From a virus, in the IMG/VR virus record IMGVR_UViG_3300031721_000685, positions 1 to 64,000 of that record: a stretch of 64,000 nucleotides of DNA. One strand, 5' to 3'. The position numbers and the translations under genes are program-made. Position 1 is the stretch's first letter. Every line of letters starts with the position of its first letter. A model generated the notes under the pieces. The model saw only the letters and a program-made list of their open reading frames with translations. It ran no database searches and was not told where the DNA came from. Shown in pieces: positions 36,821 through 47,115 of the stretch.

Positions 36821-37753
36821 TTAGAAAAAACTTTCAAGTGTTACTTTTTTATTCTTATTGTATTTCATGTTTTCAACTTCTAAATTGAAATCAGGCATAG
36901 GTATGTTTTTCTTATTTGCTCTATCGGTTATGTCATACCAAATTAGATCAACGTCTTTTGGGTAAGATTGGTGGAACCAATCGAAAGTCGTCTTACCTAT
37001 ACCAGCGTCTTTTTTCGAATCTGGCATAGGTTTTAAATATTTCTTGGCAGTCTTATTGAGAGGATAGATGTATCGAAACATATAGCCAGAAATACGTTTA
37101 ATACCTTTCTTTTGCATGAAATCGGACGTTAACCAAAACACTTGTTCTGGTCGTTTGAGTTTATCCCATCTGCCATCATTCTTTTCTTTTAAGAACAAAG
37201 CGTTTTCTTTACATAGTTCTTTGGATGTTCTAGGATGCAATTTCTCACCATTTTCCATGAGATATACATCTGTAAAATATTTATTGCCAAAATAAAAGTT
37301 GGATGCTTGATATACATAACCACATTTCCCCATGATGCCGTCTGCCATCGTGTATAGAAAAAGACACTTCGGATGATTCTCTTTTAACCAGCGAATAGTG
37401 GCAGACAACATTTGTGATTCTGAATTCCTAGGCATAGCGTCTGTCATACACATTTTACCAATCTCAAAATAGTAATTAGAAATCGGATGTATATACTTTC
37501 CATCCTCAGTTTTCTCATTGACTTCATCTTTGAAACCAACAAACATTTTTTTAAATGTATCTCTTGGTCTTGTACCCCATCCAAGAGTCAACGCACCTAC
37601 CAAAGCACTATCTAGATAAAAACCTAAATAGTGCTTTGTGATCGCAGGCATGACAGGAGAGTAATGATGATTTTCTACGAACTGAACAGCAACATGTTTA
37701 TTAAGTTCTTTTACTTCAAACTTTACTTTTATGGTGCCTGTCTTATTTCTCAT
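36821..37753 (-). CDS. Mom-like GNAT DNA-modification enzyme
   Basis: HHYS, EIGKMC, PRNSESQMLS, TMADG, GYVYQASNFYFG. Confidence 0.75.
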   Translation of the reverse strand: MRNKTGTIKVKFEVKELNKHVAVQFVENHHYSPVMPAITKHYLGFYLDSALVGALTLGWGTRPRDTFKKMFVGFKDEVNEKTEDGKYIHPISNYYFEIGKMCMTDAMPRNSESQMLSATIRWLKENHPKCLFLYTMADGIMGKCGYVYQASNFYFGNKYFTDVYLMENGEKLHPRTSKELCKENALFLKEKNDGRWDKLKRPEQVFWLTSDFMQKKGIKRISGYMFRYIYPLNKTAKKYLKPMPDSKKDAGIGKTTFDWFHQSYPKDVDLIWYDITDRANKKNIPMPDFNLEVENMKYNKNKKVTLESFF

Positions 37754-37821
37754 GTTATGAATAGTTTACCTTGATGATCAACCGCTTACCTTCCTTCGAA
37801 ATGTTTTTCTGATTGTGTCTA

Positions 37822-37850
37822 ATAATAGCACACGGAAAGGAGTGTGTCAA
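37822..37850 (-). promoter_or_regulatory. Sigma70-like promoter with inverted repeat
   Basis: TTGACA-17bp-TATTAT; CACAC-N8-GTGTG. Confidence 0.7.
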
Positions 37851-37855
37851 GTGCT

Positions 37856-39049
37856 TTATGCCGCAACCTCAAGTGCTTTGTCAATTTCCATGAAGTCAGT
37901 TCTCTCAGCCTTCTTCTTTTTCTTTGGAAGATTAGCAATTACCTTCTCATATGGAATCAACCTACCACCATATACTTCCTGTTCACCCACTAGCTGTGGA
38001 ATACACCCCTCAATTGTCCAAGGACGATACTCTGGAATGTTATCTTTGATAAACGGGTCAAGGACGGGCATCACGACTCTTACCAAATTAAAGCAGTTCT
38101 GATAAGCAGTCTCTATTGCATCAACAAAGGTTTGAGTGTTTTTCTTGATATCGGCAGGTTTGCGCTTCTTGCTATAGAGGATGATTCGCACTGGGTCAGT
38201 GCGTTGTATCTTTATACATGCAGGAACAATAGCGTCTGCCATAAGACGGTCTGCATATCGCATGTTATCAACACATACAACAAATAGATTTTTATCAAAG
38301 TTACCATTAGAATCTTTCTCTTTGTACCTATTTTCCTGTGCCCATGCATCTGCCTTGGGGGTATCCATGAATATAGATAGTTCGTAAGGTGCATTTCCCA
38401 ACTCAACAATCTTATTGAGAATTTCCTTTTGTGTGCTTGCTGATAGAAACCGTTCCTTATAATTCATGCGGTCTTCTAACCAAGTGAGTGCAGAGGCTCT
38501 GTCTCCATCAATGATCCCTTCCTTGATAAATTTTACACCTGTCTGGATGTAGTCATCTTTCTTATTAGTCCGTACACTACCAATAAGGTTATTTGCCTTC
38601 TGTGCTGCTTCTATGAGGTATTGGTACACTTCTTCATCAGTGAGTCCTTCATCTGGCGTATACACTGCAATGGGAATAAATTTAGCACCACGTTCAATCG
38701 CACCACGAAAACGGCGGCGACCATTGATTGCTTCAATATCTCCATCCTCAGTTTCCATAAACTGTGGTGGTGGACCCTGTTTAGTATCCCAATCAAGACG
38801 AGTATAGGAATCCTGCATCTCGTTACTCGCTTCTGCTTCGCCATCATCGAAACGAATATTGTACTGTTCTAGATTTTTGTAAAAAGTGCTGGTGGTGTTG
38901 TATTGCCTGATATCCAAAATATAGATATACTGGAACGTAAAGCCAGTATATTTTGGCATTTCCATATCTAGATAGTTTGTGAGGTCTATTGTGGAATTTG
39001 CATCATTGAATGATGGAATTCGGGTGTCTCCGATAAATCGGTTCTTCAT
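37856..39049 (-). CDS. ParB/Sulfiredoxin-like N-domain protein
   Basis: PPPQFMETEDGDIEAINGRRRFRGA resembles the ParB/Srx xxGxxR motif. Confidence 0.5.
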   Translation of the reverse strand: MKNRFIGDTRIPSFNDANSTIDLTNYLDMEMPKYTGFTFQYIYILDIRQYNTTSTFYKNLEQYNIRFDDGEAEASNEMQDSYTRLDWDTKQGPPPQFMETEDGDIEAINGRRRFRGAIERGAKFIPIAVYTPDEGLTDEEVYQYLIEAAQKANNLIGSVRTNKKDDYIQTGVKFIKEGIIDGDRASALTWLEDRMNYKERFLSASTQKEILNKIVELGNAPYELSIFMDTPKADAWAQENRYKEKDSNGNFDKNLFVVCVDNMRYADRLMADAIVPACIKIQRTDPVRIILYSKKRKPADIKKNTQTFVDAIETAYQNCFNLVRVVMPVLDPFIKDNIPEYRPWTIEGCIPQLVGEQEVYGGRLIPYEKVIANLPKKKKKAERTDFMEIDKALEVAA

Positions 39050-39137
39050 GGTCTTTCTCCTTTTGCACCGCCAAAATTAGCGTTGTGCTACACTCCGTGA
39101 TTGCAACTAGGCTGGGGAATGTAGTTATTTAACTTCT

Positions 39138-39168
39138 TATTTATAACACATTATTCAATGTGTGTCTA
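39138..39168 (-). promoter_or_regulatory. Composite sigma70/late promoter with palindromic spacer
   Basis: TAGACA-17bp-TATAAATA; ACACATT-N4-AATGTGT at 39146-39163. Confidence 0.65.
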
Positions 39169-39175
39169 GAGGTTT

Positions 39176-41668
39176 TTAGAAAAAACTTTCAAGCGTCGAT
39201 TGCTCTTCAACTGTCCATCCAACAGCATCAAGAATCAAACGAATCGGCTCAACAAACGTTTTACCATACTGCATATCATAGTCGATAAAACGGTGTAAGT
39301 CAAACTCTTTTGGTAAAATATCTGGGAATGAGATAACATTTTCACGAATGGGATTAGGCATCTTCAGATAGATGAACTTAATCTTCTCGCCGTTCTTGAT
39401 TTCACCAAGACGATTGTTCAGACGATGCTGTTTCAACAGATGATTGTATAGCAGAGAGCCTCGAACATGGATGGGCGTGCCCTTACCGTATATAGCCTTT
39501 GCATCAGCGTTCTTTTTTATATCGCTCACACCACGAGGAAACGCAATGTCTTCTGGGTTCTGGCTTGAAAACTCTTTACGGAAGTCAGCAATGAATGTCT
39601 GAATATCTTTGTTAGTACCAGACATAATCAACTCGAATGCTTCTTTGAAACGGTCACGGCAAATCTGAGGCGTTGAAGACTTGATAGCCTCAATGCCCAT
39701 AATCTTCATCTTGGGTTCAGCGTACTGGACGCCCTCATTGTTATGAACGTTCAGAATGTAGCGCTTCTTAGCAGTCCACACGCCACGGTCAGCAATCGCT
39801 TCTCGACCCATAACCATACGATTTTCATAACCACCCATCTGCTTGTAGAGTTTGTCAAACGATTTTGTGATTACAGGCTCAATCGCTTGAGAGCAGACTT
39901 TATCGAGATATTTTACAGTGTCTTCTTTGCTGTTATTTGGGTAGGTCTTCTCTACCAAATCTTTCATATTGAGATAGACAGAATCAGTGTCAATGGCAAT
40001 CACATAATCTTTATCTGTTTTCAAAACATTGTTGAGATATTTGTTGATAGACTTCTCAGCGCTTAGCACAGACAGTTGACCAGAGAGCGTGATGCCTTCA
40101 GCGATGCGCATATCAAAGTAACGGAAGTATTGATTACCTAGCGCACCATAAAGAGAATTTAAGAGAATTTTAATTGCCATCTGCTGGTTCTCATATCGAT
40201 TGACGTCACGCTCAACCTCATATGACTTGCCAAACTTCTCAAGTTTCTTCTGTGCTTCAATCATCTTGCTCTTTACTTCAACACGTTCAGAGTAGTATGC
40301 TGTAACGATAGAAGGTAGAACACCACGATGGTTTGTACGAAAATATGTGCCGTTAGCTGCCATTGCATAGTCAGTATCGTTTACGACTTCACCAGACAGA
40401 CACTTGCTGACAGAAGCATTGAAGTTTCTATCGTTCTCAACGATTGTCTCAGGCGACATATTGTATTGCACAATGAGATTAGGATACAGAGAGTTCAAGT
40501 CAAATGAGCATACCCAATCGTGCATACCCACTTGTGGGTCTTTCACATAACCACCAGGATAGTCGCTCTTCATCTTTCCTGCATAGGGTAGAATGGCAAT
40601 CTTCTTTTGACAGAGGTTGCGATAGATAATCGTGTCCCAGATGCCAGTTGTGCCGAATGTATCATTGTAGTTGACGCCAGCTTTATAAGCAATCGTCATC
40701 GCAAGTACAATCAGCCCCATCTTGTCTTCAAGACGGTCTACAAGTTGAACGTCTTTGATATTGTAATCAATAAATTTCTGATGATCTTCTTTGTAAAGCG
40801 TGTATAGATTGCCATATTCTTCATAAGACAACTTACGCTCACCAAGTACGACATAAGCAATGTGGTCTAGTCGATAAGATGCTTGTGTGCCATATGAATA
40901 GCCAAACTTCTGAAACAAGTCCAGATAGTCTAGTTGAGAGATGCCAGTCATCTCATACGTATTCATTTCTTTCATCTTGTAGCGAACAGATTTCTGCTCA
41001 ACCATCTCCCACGGAGACATTTTCTTTGTTAGCTTTTCGCCAATCACACGATGCATACGATTGATGATGTATGGCACATCGAAGAATCGAACGTTCCAAC
41101 CCGTGACAACATCTGGCTTCAGATTTGACCAGAACAGCAAAAACTTCTCAAGTAATTCCTTCTCATCACGACAGTACATATACTGAACTTTAGAAACAAT
41201 CGACTTTGATGTATCATATTCGCCGAGACCCCAGACATAGTAGTTCTCATCTTTGTTAGACTTGAGAGCAATAGAGATTACTGGGTGATTTGCTTGGTCT
41301 GGCTCTGGGAAGCCCTCGTCAGATGCGACTTCAATATCAATATTCACAATGTTGACTAGATTTGAATCAAACTCGACCTCATCAGGCCAGCGTTCTTGAA
41401 TGTATTGACTAATATATTTTGTGTTGCCATAGACGTTGAACCCATCGACACCGGTGTACATCTCCATGAACTGCTTTGCTTCACGCATAGAGTCGAACTT
41501 CATGGGTTCTACGTTGACGCCATCAAGGGCTTTCCAGTCGCTCTCATTCTGCGATTGAGCATAGAGTGTGGGCTGAAACTTAATCTTCTGCTGAATGGGC
41601 GACCCGTTACGATACCCACGATATAGAAGGTTCTGACCGTAACGTGAGACATTTGTATAGAAGTTCAT
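39176..41668 (-). CDS. gp43: Family B DNA polymerase
   Basis: DIEV exonuclease I; SFDLNSLYP; KILLNSLYG; DTDS. Confidence 0.97.
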   Translation of the reverse strand: MNFYTNVSRYGQNLLYRGYRNGSPIQQKIKFQPTLYAQSQNESDWKALDGVNVEPMKFDSMREAKQFMEMYTGVDGFNVYGNTKYISQYIQERWPDEVEFDSNLVNIVNIDIEVASDEGFPEPDQANHPVISIALKSNKDENYYVWGLGEYDTSKSIVSKVQYMYCRDEKELLEKFLLFWSNLKPDVVTGWNVRFFDVPYIINRMHRVIGEKLTKKMSPWEMVEQKSVRYKMKEMNTYEMTGISQLDYLDLFQKFGYSYGTQASYRLDHIAYVVLGERKLSYEEYGNLYTLYKEDHQKFIDYNIKDVQLVDRLEDKMGLIVLAMTIAYKAGVNYNDTFGTTGIWDTIIYRNLCQKKIAILPYAGKMKSDYPGGYVKDPQVGMHDWVCSFDLNSLYPNLIVQYNMSPETIVENDRNFNASVSKCLSGEVVNDTDYAMAANGTYFRTNHRGVLPSIVTAYYSERVEVKSKMIEAQKKLEKFGKSYEVERDVNRYENQQMAIKILLNSLYGALGNQYFRYFDMRIAEGITLSGQLSVLSAEKSINKYLNNVLKTDKDYVIAIDTDSVYLNMKDLVEKTYPNNSKEDTVKYLDKVCSQAIEPVITKSFDKLYKQMGGYENRMVMGREAIADRGVWTAKKRYILNVHNNEGVQYAEPKMKIMGIEAIKSSTPQICRDRFKEAFELIMSGTNKDIQTFIADFRKEFSSQNPEDIAFPRGVSDIKKNADAKAIYGKGTPIHVRGSLLYNHLLKQHRLNNRLGEIKNGEKIKFIYLKMPNPIRENVISFPDILPKEFDLHRFIDYDMQYGKTFVEPIRLILDAVGWTVEEQSTLESFF

Positions 41669-41691
41669 GCATATCTCCAAAGTGAATAGAC

Positions 41692-41720
41692 ATTATATCT
41701 CATATTCAGAGGTATGTCAA
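41692..41720 (-). promoter_or_regulatory. Sigma70-like promoter
   Basis: TTGACA-17bp-TATAAT. Confidence 0.8.
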
Positions 41721-41740
41721 GCTAAAAGCTTTTTCAACAT

Positions 41741-43450
41741 CTATGCTGCAATCCTAGAAAAGTTCTTTACCTTCTCAAAACGAAGAGTGCTATCGAACTT
41801 GTCAATCAACTGGTCAGTCTTGTGACTGATAACAAACACGTTAGAGTCGCCAGTGATATCAGTCAAAATTTTCATGAATTCTTCTGTGCCATTAGCATCA
41901 AGAGAGCCATCGAATACCTCATCCATAATCAACAGATTGGTCGAAACAGAGTTGCGTAGCTTTGAGACTGTTCGCCATGTGAATAGCAGAGCCAGATCAA
42001 TACGCATTTTCTCACCCTCAGAGAACGACTCATATGAAAACTCATCACGAAAGCGAGAACGAATCGTTTCATTGAACTGCTCATCAAGCTCAAACTGGAC
42101 GAAGAAATCCATCTCAGCAAGATACTTGTTGATTAGCTTGTTGATAATAGGCACGTATTGACGAATGATCTGTGTCTTGATACCACCATCTTTGAGTAGA
42201 TTAGCAACAACGCCCATCGTATCACGGTCAATCGTTAAATCACGATGGTCATCATTGTATCCCTCAAGTTCATTATGTAACGATTCAATTGTGCTAGTAT
42301 CAATAGACTCCGCTTCTTTTTGTGCGTTTGTCAACTCAGTCTTCAGAGAAATAATATTGCGCTCATTAGAAGCATAGGTAGCATTCTTAGCACTCATATC
42401 AAAACCATGTTGATTGACATGACCATGAACTTCGCCAATCTCAGTCTTACGATTTTCTACAGAGGTAAGCTCATTCTCCATCACATCAAGACCATTTTCA
42501 ATATCGTCTTGTTTGATACGTTTTTTAGATACAATGTTTATTTTGTGCCCATCATCTATATCTTGCTTACATACAGGACATTCATCATTGTCTTTATAGA
42601 ACTGAAGTTCTTTTGCTATCTCTTTGACCTTAGAACGAAGGTTCTTATCCCAGCGAACTAGTTCCATATACTTCTTATTTACAGACTTCTCATCGCTAAT
42701 AGATTTTTTCAATTCACCAATTGAAATCTCCATCTCTTTTACATCATCAAGAAGGATACTATTGTCTTTGATTAACTCTTCAATACGAGATTGAGTCTTC
42801 TCAGCATCAGCTCGTTTCATTTTCAAAATAGAATCGTTATGCTTGTTCGCAGAAGCAATGCGGTCTGTAGTCAAATCAATTTGATATTTGATGTTCTGTA
42901 AATCGGTCTTGTTTTGTGTGATACGTTCCTTGAGCAGAACGTTCATCTTGGTGAAAATTTGAATGTCGAGAAGGTCTTCAATAATTTCTCGACGATGTGC
43001 TGCTGGTAGCTGCATGAAAGGAACAAAAGTGCTGCTACCAAGCACAACAATCTGACCAAACGATTTGAAATTCAGCTTCAGGATGTTCTGCTCAAGATGA
43101 CTCTGATAATCTTTGTTTGCCCCATCCTGATTTAGAAGATTAGCATTCTTGTATACTTCAAAGATATTGGGTTTGATGCCACGACGAATCATATATTCAT
43201 CACGCCCAATGTTAAAGTCTAACTCAATAAGCAAGTCTTTTTGATTGATACTGTTAAGTAGCTGTGGTTTGTTTACCTTACGAAAGGGCTTACCATAGAG
43301 AGCAAACGAAAGCGCATCTAGAATTGTAGATTTACCAGCGCCATTTTCACCAACAATCAGAGTCGTCTTTTGACTGTTGAGTGAGATTGTAGTGAAAGCA
43401 TTGCCAGTTGATAGAATGTTTTGATATCGTATAGTTTTAAACTCAATCAT
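41741..43450 (-). CDS. gp46: Rad50/SbcC-like recombination ATPase
   Basis: GENGAGKS, CPVC hook, FSEGEK, MDEVFD. Confidence 0.95.
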   Translation of the reverse strand: MIEFKTIRYQNILSTGNAFTTISLNSQKTTLIVGENGAGKSTILDALSFALYGKPFRKVNKPQLLNSINQKDLLIELDFNIGRDEYMIRRGIKPNIFEVYKNANLLNQDGANKDYQSHLEQNILKLNFKSFGQIVVLGSSTFVPFMQLPAAHRREIIEDLLDIQIFTKMNVLLKERITQNKTDLQNIKYQIDLTTDRIASANKHNDSILKMKRADAEKTQSRIEELIKDNSILLDDVKEMEISIGELKKSISDEKSVNKKYMELVRWDKNLRSKVKEIAKELQFYKDNDECPVCKQDIDDGHKINIVSKKRIKQDDIENGLDVMENELTSVENRKTEIGEVHGHVNQHGFDMSAKNATYASNERNIISLKTELTNAQKEAESIDTSTIESLHNELEGYNDDHRDLTIDRDTMGVVANLLKDGGIKTQIIRQYVPIINKLINKYLAEMDFFVQFELDEQFNETIRSRFRDEFSYESFSEGEKMRIDLALLFTWRTVSKLRNSVSTNLLIMDEVFDGSLDANGTEEFMKILTDITGDSNVFVISHKTDQLIDKFDSTLRFEKVKNFSRIAA

Positions 43451-44514
43451 AAATTCACTGCCTCAGTATATAATGATGCCACAATATCGGTCACACGACC
43501 TTTATTATTACGAATCTCTAGCCCATCAACATACTTGTTTAGAATAGTCAGAGTGTCTTCGGCCTCATCAATCAGATTGTCCTCGTCAACAATATCAAGA
43601 TTCATATGGTCCTCAACTGTCTTGATATCAGCACATCCCATATCAATTAGCTTGTTCATCCATAAATCAAACAAATAAGGATTAGACTTGTTCTTTACTA
43701 TAACCTTTACGTAGCTATTTGTCAACTCTTTTTCGAATTTTAAATCTCCAATGTCATTCAATGACATATTCGTGTCATCATACCACAGCTTGTGAAATAG
43801 GCAATGAGGATTTTGAATGAACTCTAACTCTCGTGTATTAGTGTCTAGAATATGAAAACCACGAGGATCATCATAGTCACTCCAAGTCATTTGATAGGGA
43901 GTACCTAAATACGAAATATTACCGTGGGTAGACTTATGATGGAAATGACCAGACAGTACCATATCAAACTTACTAAAAATATTTTTATCAAGTCCGTTAT
44001 GGTTAACTGCACCTCGATACATTTCAAATCCTTGTATCTCAAAATGTCCCATAAGAATTTGAGCATCTGTTTCCTCAATCGCTTTCATTGTTACTTCATA
44101 GTTCTCATCGCAAATCCACGGCACAAGTAGCACCTTCAAACCATCATAGTTTCTCTCTACAGGCTTCTCCCAGTAACAACCAAAGTTGTAGAATGAATGC
44201 CCATACAACTGACCCATACTGTTAATTTCATTCGTGTTTTTGAAATATACGTCATGATTGCCAATAATCATATCAGTTGGGATATTACGCTCGTGAATAG
44301 GTTTGATTAGATGTTCTTCTAGTTGGGAACTAGTGACGAAATTAATATACTTTCGACGATCACACACATCGCCAAGATGAATAACACGGTCAATATTATG
44401 AGTATCGATGTACGGAAAGAACTGCTCGTCAAAAAAAGAATTAATGTGATCAGCAATAATACGATTGTCATTACGGACTCCGAAGTGAGTATCAGTTACG
44501 ATAGCAATTTTCAT
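43447..44514 (-). CDS. gp47: Mre11/SbcD-like nuclease
   Basis: DTHFG, GDVCD, GNHD, SGHFH. Confidence 0.95.
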   Translation of the reverse strand: MKIAIVTDTHFGVRNDNRIIADHINSFFDEQFFPYIDTHNIDRVIHLGDVCDRRKYINFVTSSQLEEHLIKPIHERNIPTDMIIGNHDVYFKNTNEINSMGQLYGHSFYNFGCYWEKPVERNYDGLKVLLVPWICDENYEVTMKAIEETDAQILMGHFEIQGFEMYRGAVNHNGLDKNIFSKFDMVLSGHFHHKSTHGNISYLGTPYQMTWSDYDDPRGFHILDTNTRELEFIQNPHCLFHKLWYDDTNMSLNDIGDLKFEKELTNSYVKVIVKNKSNPYLFDLWMNKLIDMGCADIKTVEDHMNLDIVDEDNLIDEAEDTLTILNKYVDGLEIRNNKGRVTDIVASLYTEAVNL

Positions 44515-45077
44515 TCTTCGTTCTCTTCCTCATCATCATAAAACAACTCAACACCACTCTTCTTTTTTATTTTAGGAATCTTCTTTTTCTCAAGATTTTT
44601 CTCAAATTCCTCAACGAAGTTGTTCATATAATCAGTAGCTTGCGAACTTTGATTGTTGGATAAGTCTGCACCAGAACTATCATCATATAGTTCGCCCATC
44701 ACCGCCATCGATGTGTACATCTTCTGCTTTGTGTATAACTGCGTCTTCTCCTTTGCGATTCTTCGAAGGAACGCATAGTAAATGATTTGCGTAAAATACG
44801 CAAAGGGATTGGCAGACTTCGCTGGGTCAAAGTTGTTTAGCGCTCTAATAGCATTCTCAATGCCATCTGCGACCATCTCTTCACGAAATGGATAGTTGAT
44901 GAAGTTAGGTTTGTATGCGAGCCTCGTCGAGATGTCTATCATGCAGCGCCCAATGTAATCGGGAATAATCGGACGGGATTCGCCCGAATCTTCAGCATCG
45001 ATGCGGGCTTGACGATATTCCACCATCACTTCAAAAAACTTTTTATTGTCGATATATTGATTCTTGCTTTTAGCCAT
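44511..45077 (-). CDS. gp55: Late sigma factor
   Basis: KPNFINYPFREEMVADGIEN, NPFAYFTQIIYYAFLRRI. Confidence 0.95.
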   Translation of the reverse strand: MAKSKNQYIDNKKFFEVMVEYRQARIDAEDSGESRPIIPDYIGRCMIDISTRLAYKPNFINYPFREEMVADGIENAIRALNNFDPAKSANPFAYFTQIIYYAFLRRIAKEKTQLYTKQKMYTSMAVMGELYDDSSGADLSNNQSSQATDYMNNFVEEFEKNLEKKKIPKIKKKSGVELFYDDEEENEE

Positions 45078-45111
45078 TGAATCTTTTCCACTTTTTATAT
45101 TCACTACTATT

Positions 45112-45140
45112 AATATATACTAAAACGTGACGTGTGTCAA
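45112..45140 (-). promoter_or_regulatory. Sigma70-like promoter for gp55
   Basis: TTGACA-17bp-TATATT. Confidence 0.6.
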
Positions 45141-45164
45141 CCTAAATTATTATTAATAAAAGTA

Positions 45165-45192
45165 TTGACATTATTTTAAAATGCTGTATAAT
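45165..45192 (+). promoter_or_regulatory. Orphan plus-strand sigma70-like promoter (antisense to uvsW operon)
   Basis: TTGACA-16bp-TATAAT with CTGTATAATAGC shared with two other promoters. Confidence 0.6.
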
Positions 45193-45222
45193 AGCATTAT
45201 GCTTATTGATAATAATAGATGA

Positions 45223-45591
45223 TTAGTTATAGCGATTCTTATCTGGTGCTATCAACTGTTCGAAGACATCATCAACCAAAGAATCAGTTTCGTTAACGCT
45301 AGTGTGGTAAGATTCAAGAGCAGCAGTATTGACTTTCTTAGCCTCATACATATATGTATGATAGTAGTATTCAGCGAGTTCGTTTGCTTTACCCAAATTA
45401 CTGAGTATATTGTCCTTAGATATATATGTAGTATTATTGACAACTAAGCTCATCCAATGCTTCATGGCTACTCCAGCATTTGGATTGAAAACAACAGTGC
45501 AAGGGTCTTCAATGATATATCCTGTTTCAGATTCGTCTGTTACCAATGCGAAGATGTCTTCACCACTTATAAGTTTAAACACATATAGCAT
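45223..45591 (-). CDS. Conserved hypothetical (Sm-like fold) protein
   Basis: FKLISGEDI; follows uvsW. Confidence 0.65.
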   Translation of the reverse strand: MLYVFKLISGEDIFALVTDESETGYIIEDPCTVVFNPNAGVAMKHWMSLVVNNTTYISKDNILSNLGKANELAEYYYHTYMYEAKKVNTAALESYHTSVNETDSLVDDVFEQLIAPDKNRYN

Positions 45592-45593
45592 GT

Positions 45594-47051
45594 TTATTCC
45601 TTTATTTCAACGTTGTACAGTTTCAATTTAAAGCCCTCTTTTGAATATGTATCTACTCTCTCCATGAAGTGTTTTAACGCAAAGTTTCTCTTCTTTTTGT
45701 AAGCCAAGTCATCTACAATATCGTATAAGGTGGCTTTCTCTTTGCTTTCATGAGTTCTAAGTCCTCGGCCGATAGATTGAAGATTACGGATCCTAGACTT
45801 TGAAGGAGACGCAAAAACAATATTATGCAGATTACGTATATTGATACCAGTAGAATAAGTACCATAACTGGCAAGAATAATAGTATCGCTACTGTCTTCA
45901 ACAAGCCTTCTAATATTTTCTCTCTCATTTGAATCGACTCCACCGTATACGAAATGAACTTCTTTATCACCTGATTGAAGCATTGGATGTAACAACTTAC
46001 CATGCTTCTCAACGAACTGAAAGAGTATGAGTGTATTACCCTTTAGACTCCATGCGAGATTGCGAATAAACTTGTTTCGTGCTTCATTTGTAACAATAAA
46101 ATCAATCTCTTCTTGATATGTTTTGTTACGAATTAGCTTTCTTGTAGCATCAGAATATTCTAATACGATGCCCTTAATCTCAAGGTCTGCTAGAATATTC
46201 TGATCCATCAACTCTGATGTACTGACAACTTGTTTTACTGTTCCGAATAAACCCTCTAATACTAATTTATGCGTTGTTGTTCCGTCAAGTGTGCCAGTGA
46301 AACCATAGCGATATCTACAATCGTCCATTTTAGATAGGATATTAGTTAGGGATTTTGCTTTGAATAGATGTGCTTCATCGCCAATCACAACATCATATGA
46401 TTGAAACCATGGCTTCTTTAGCTTATGAATCGACTGCCATGTTGTAACAACTATCTTATTATCTATATCTTTCTCAGCACCCGCCATAATCTTGTGTATG
46501 TCCATTGGCTGATTATTGTTGTATTCAACAAAGTCTGATGCCATTTGGTGAACGAGTGATGTAGTCGGTACAATGATAAGAATTCTTCTATCTTGCGCAA
46601 TATGCCATTGTGTAAGTAAATATATGATAAAAGATTTGCCACTACCAGTAGGCGATAGAAGCAACTTACGCTCTGAGTTTAAACATTCTACGAACGCTTC
46701 ATTCTGATAGTCTCTTAATTCGTATGGTGCTTTGACCAGGGTTGCTAAAGCATAGCCAGATTTTTCGCCATATTTAGCTATTGGTTTCCATTTTTCTGAT
46801 ACGACACATTCATAGCTTCTATCATTACAGAACGATACTACATAAGGTAATAGGCCAGCGTAAAGCAGTCTTGTCATATTGTTAAGCAGTCGTATTTTTC
46901 CGTCCCACATTTTATTGCGATACGCAGGAGAAAACTTCGCTCCGGGAACATCAAACTCAAAATACTGAGACATTTCCATAATCACAGACGCTTCAGCATC
47001 GATGCGAAGATATACCTCATTGTGCTTTTCAATATGAACCGTATCTATCAA
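45594..47051 (-). CDS. uvsW: SF2 DNA/RNA-DNA helicase
   Basis: LRDYQ, PTGSGKS, DEAH, TGT, QSIGRGLR; TTG start. Confidence 0.95.
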   Translation of the reverse strand: MIDTVHIEKHNEVYLRIDAEASVIMEMSQYFEFDVPGAKFSPAYRNKMWDGKIRLLNNMTRLLYAGLLPYVVSFCNDRSYECVVSEKWKPIAKYGEKSGYALATLVKAPYELRDYQNEAFVECLNSERKLLLSPTGSGKSFIIYLLTQWHIAQDRRILIIVPTTSLVHQMASDFVEYNNNQPMDIHKIMAGAEKDIDNKIVVTTWQSIHKLKKPWFQSYDVVIGDEAHLFKAKSLTNILSKMDDCRYRYGFTGTLDGTTTHKLVLEGLFGTVKQVVSTSELMDQNILADLEIKGIVLEYSDATRKLIRNKTYQEEIDFIVTNEARNKFIRNLAWSLKGNTLILFQFVEKHGKLLHPMLQSGDKEVHFVYGGVDSNERENIRRLVEDSSDTIILASYGTYSTGINIRNLHNIVFASPSKSRIRNLQSIGRGLRTHESKEKATLYDIVDDLAYKKKRNFALKHFMERVDTYSKEGFKLKLYNVEIKE

Positions 47052-47115
47052 AATTTAAATACCCACCATTTCCAACTATACTAAGCATACATAATATATA
47101 TGCAAACTCAATTAG

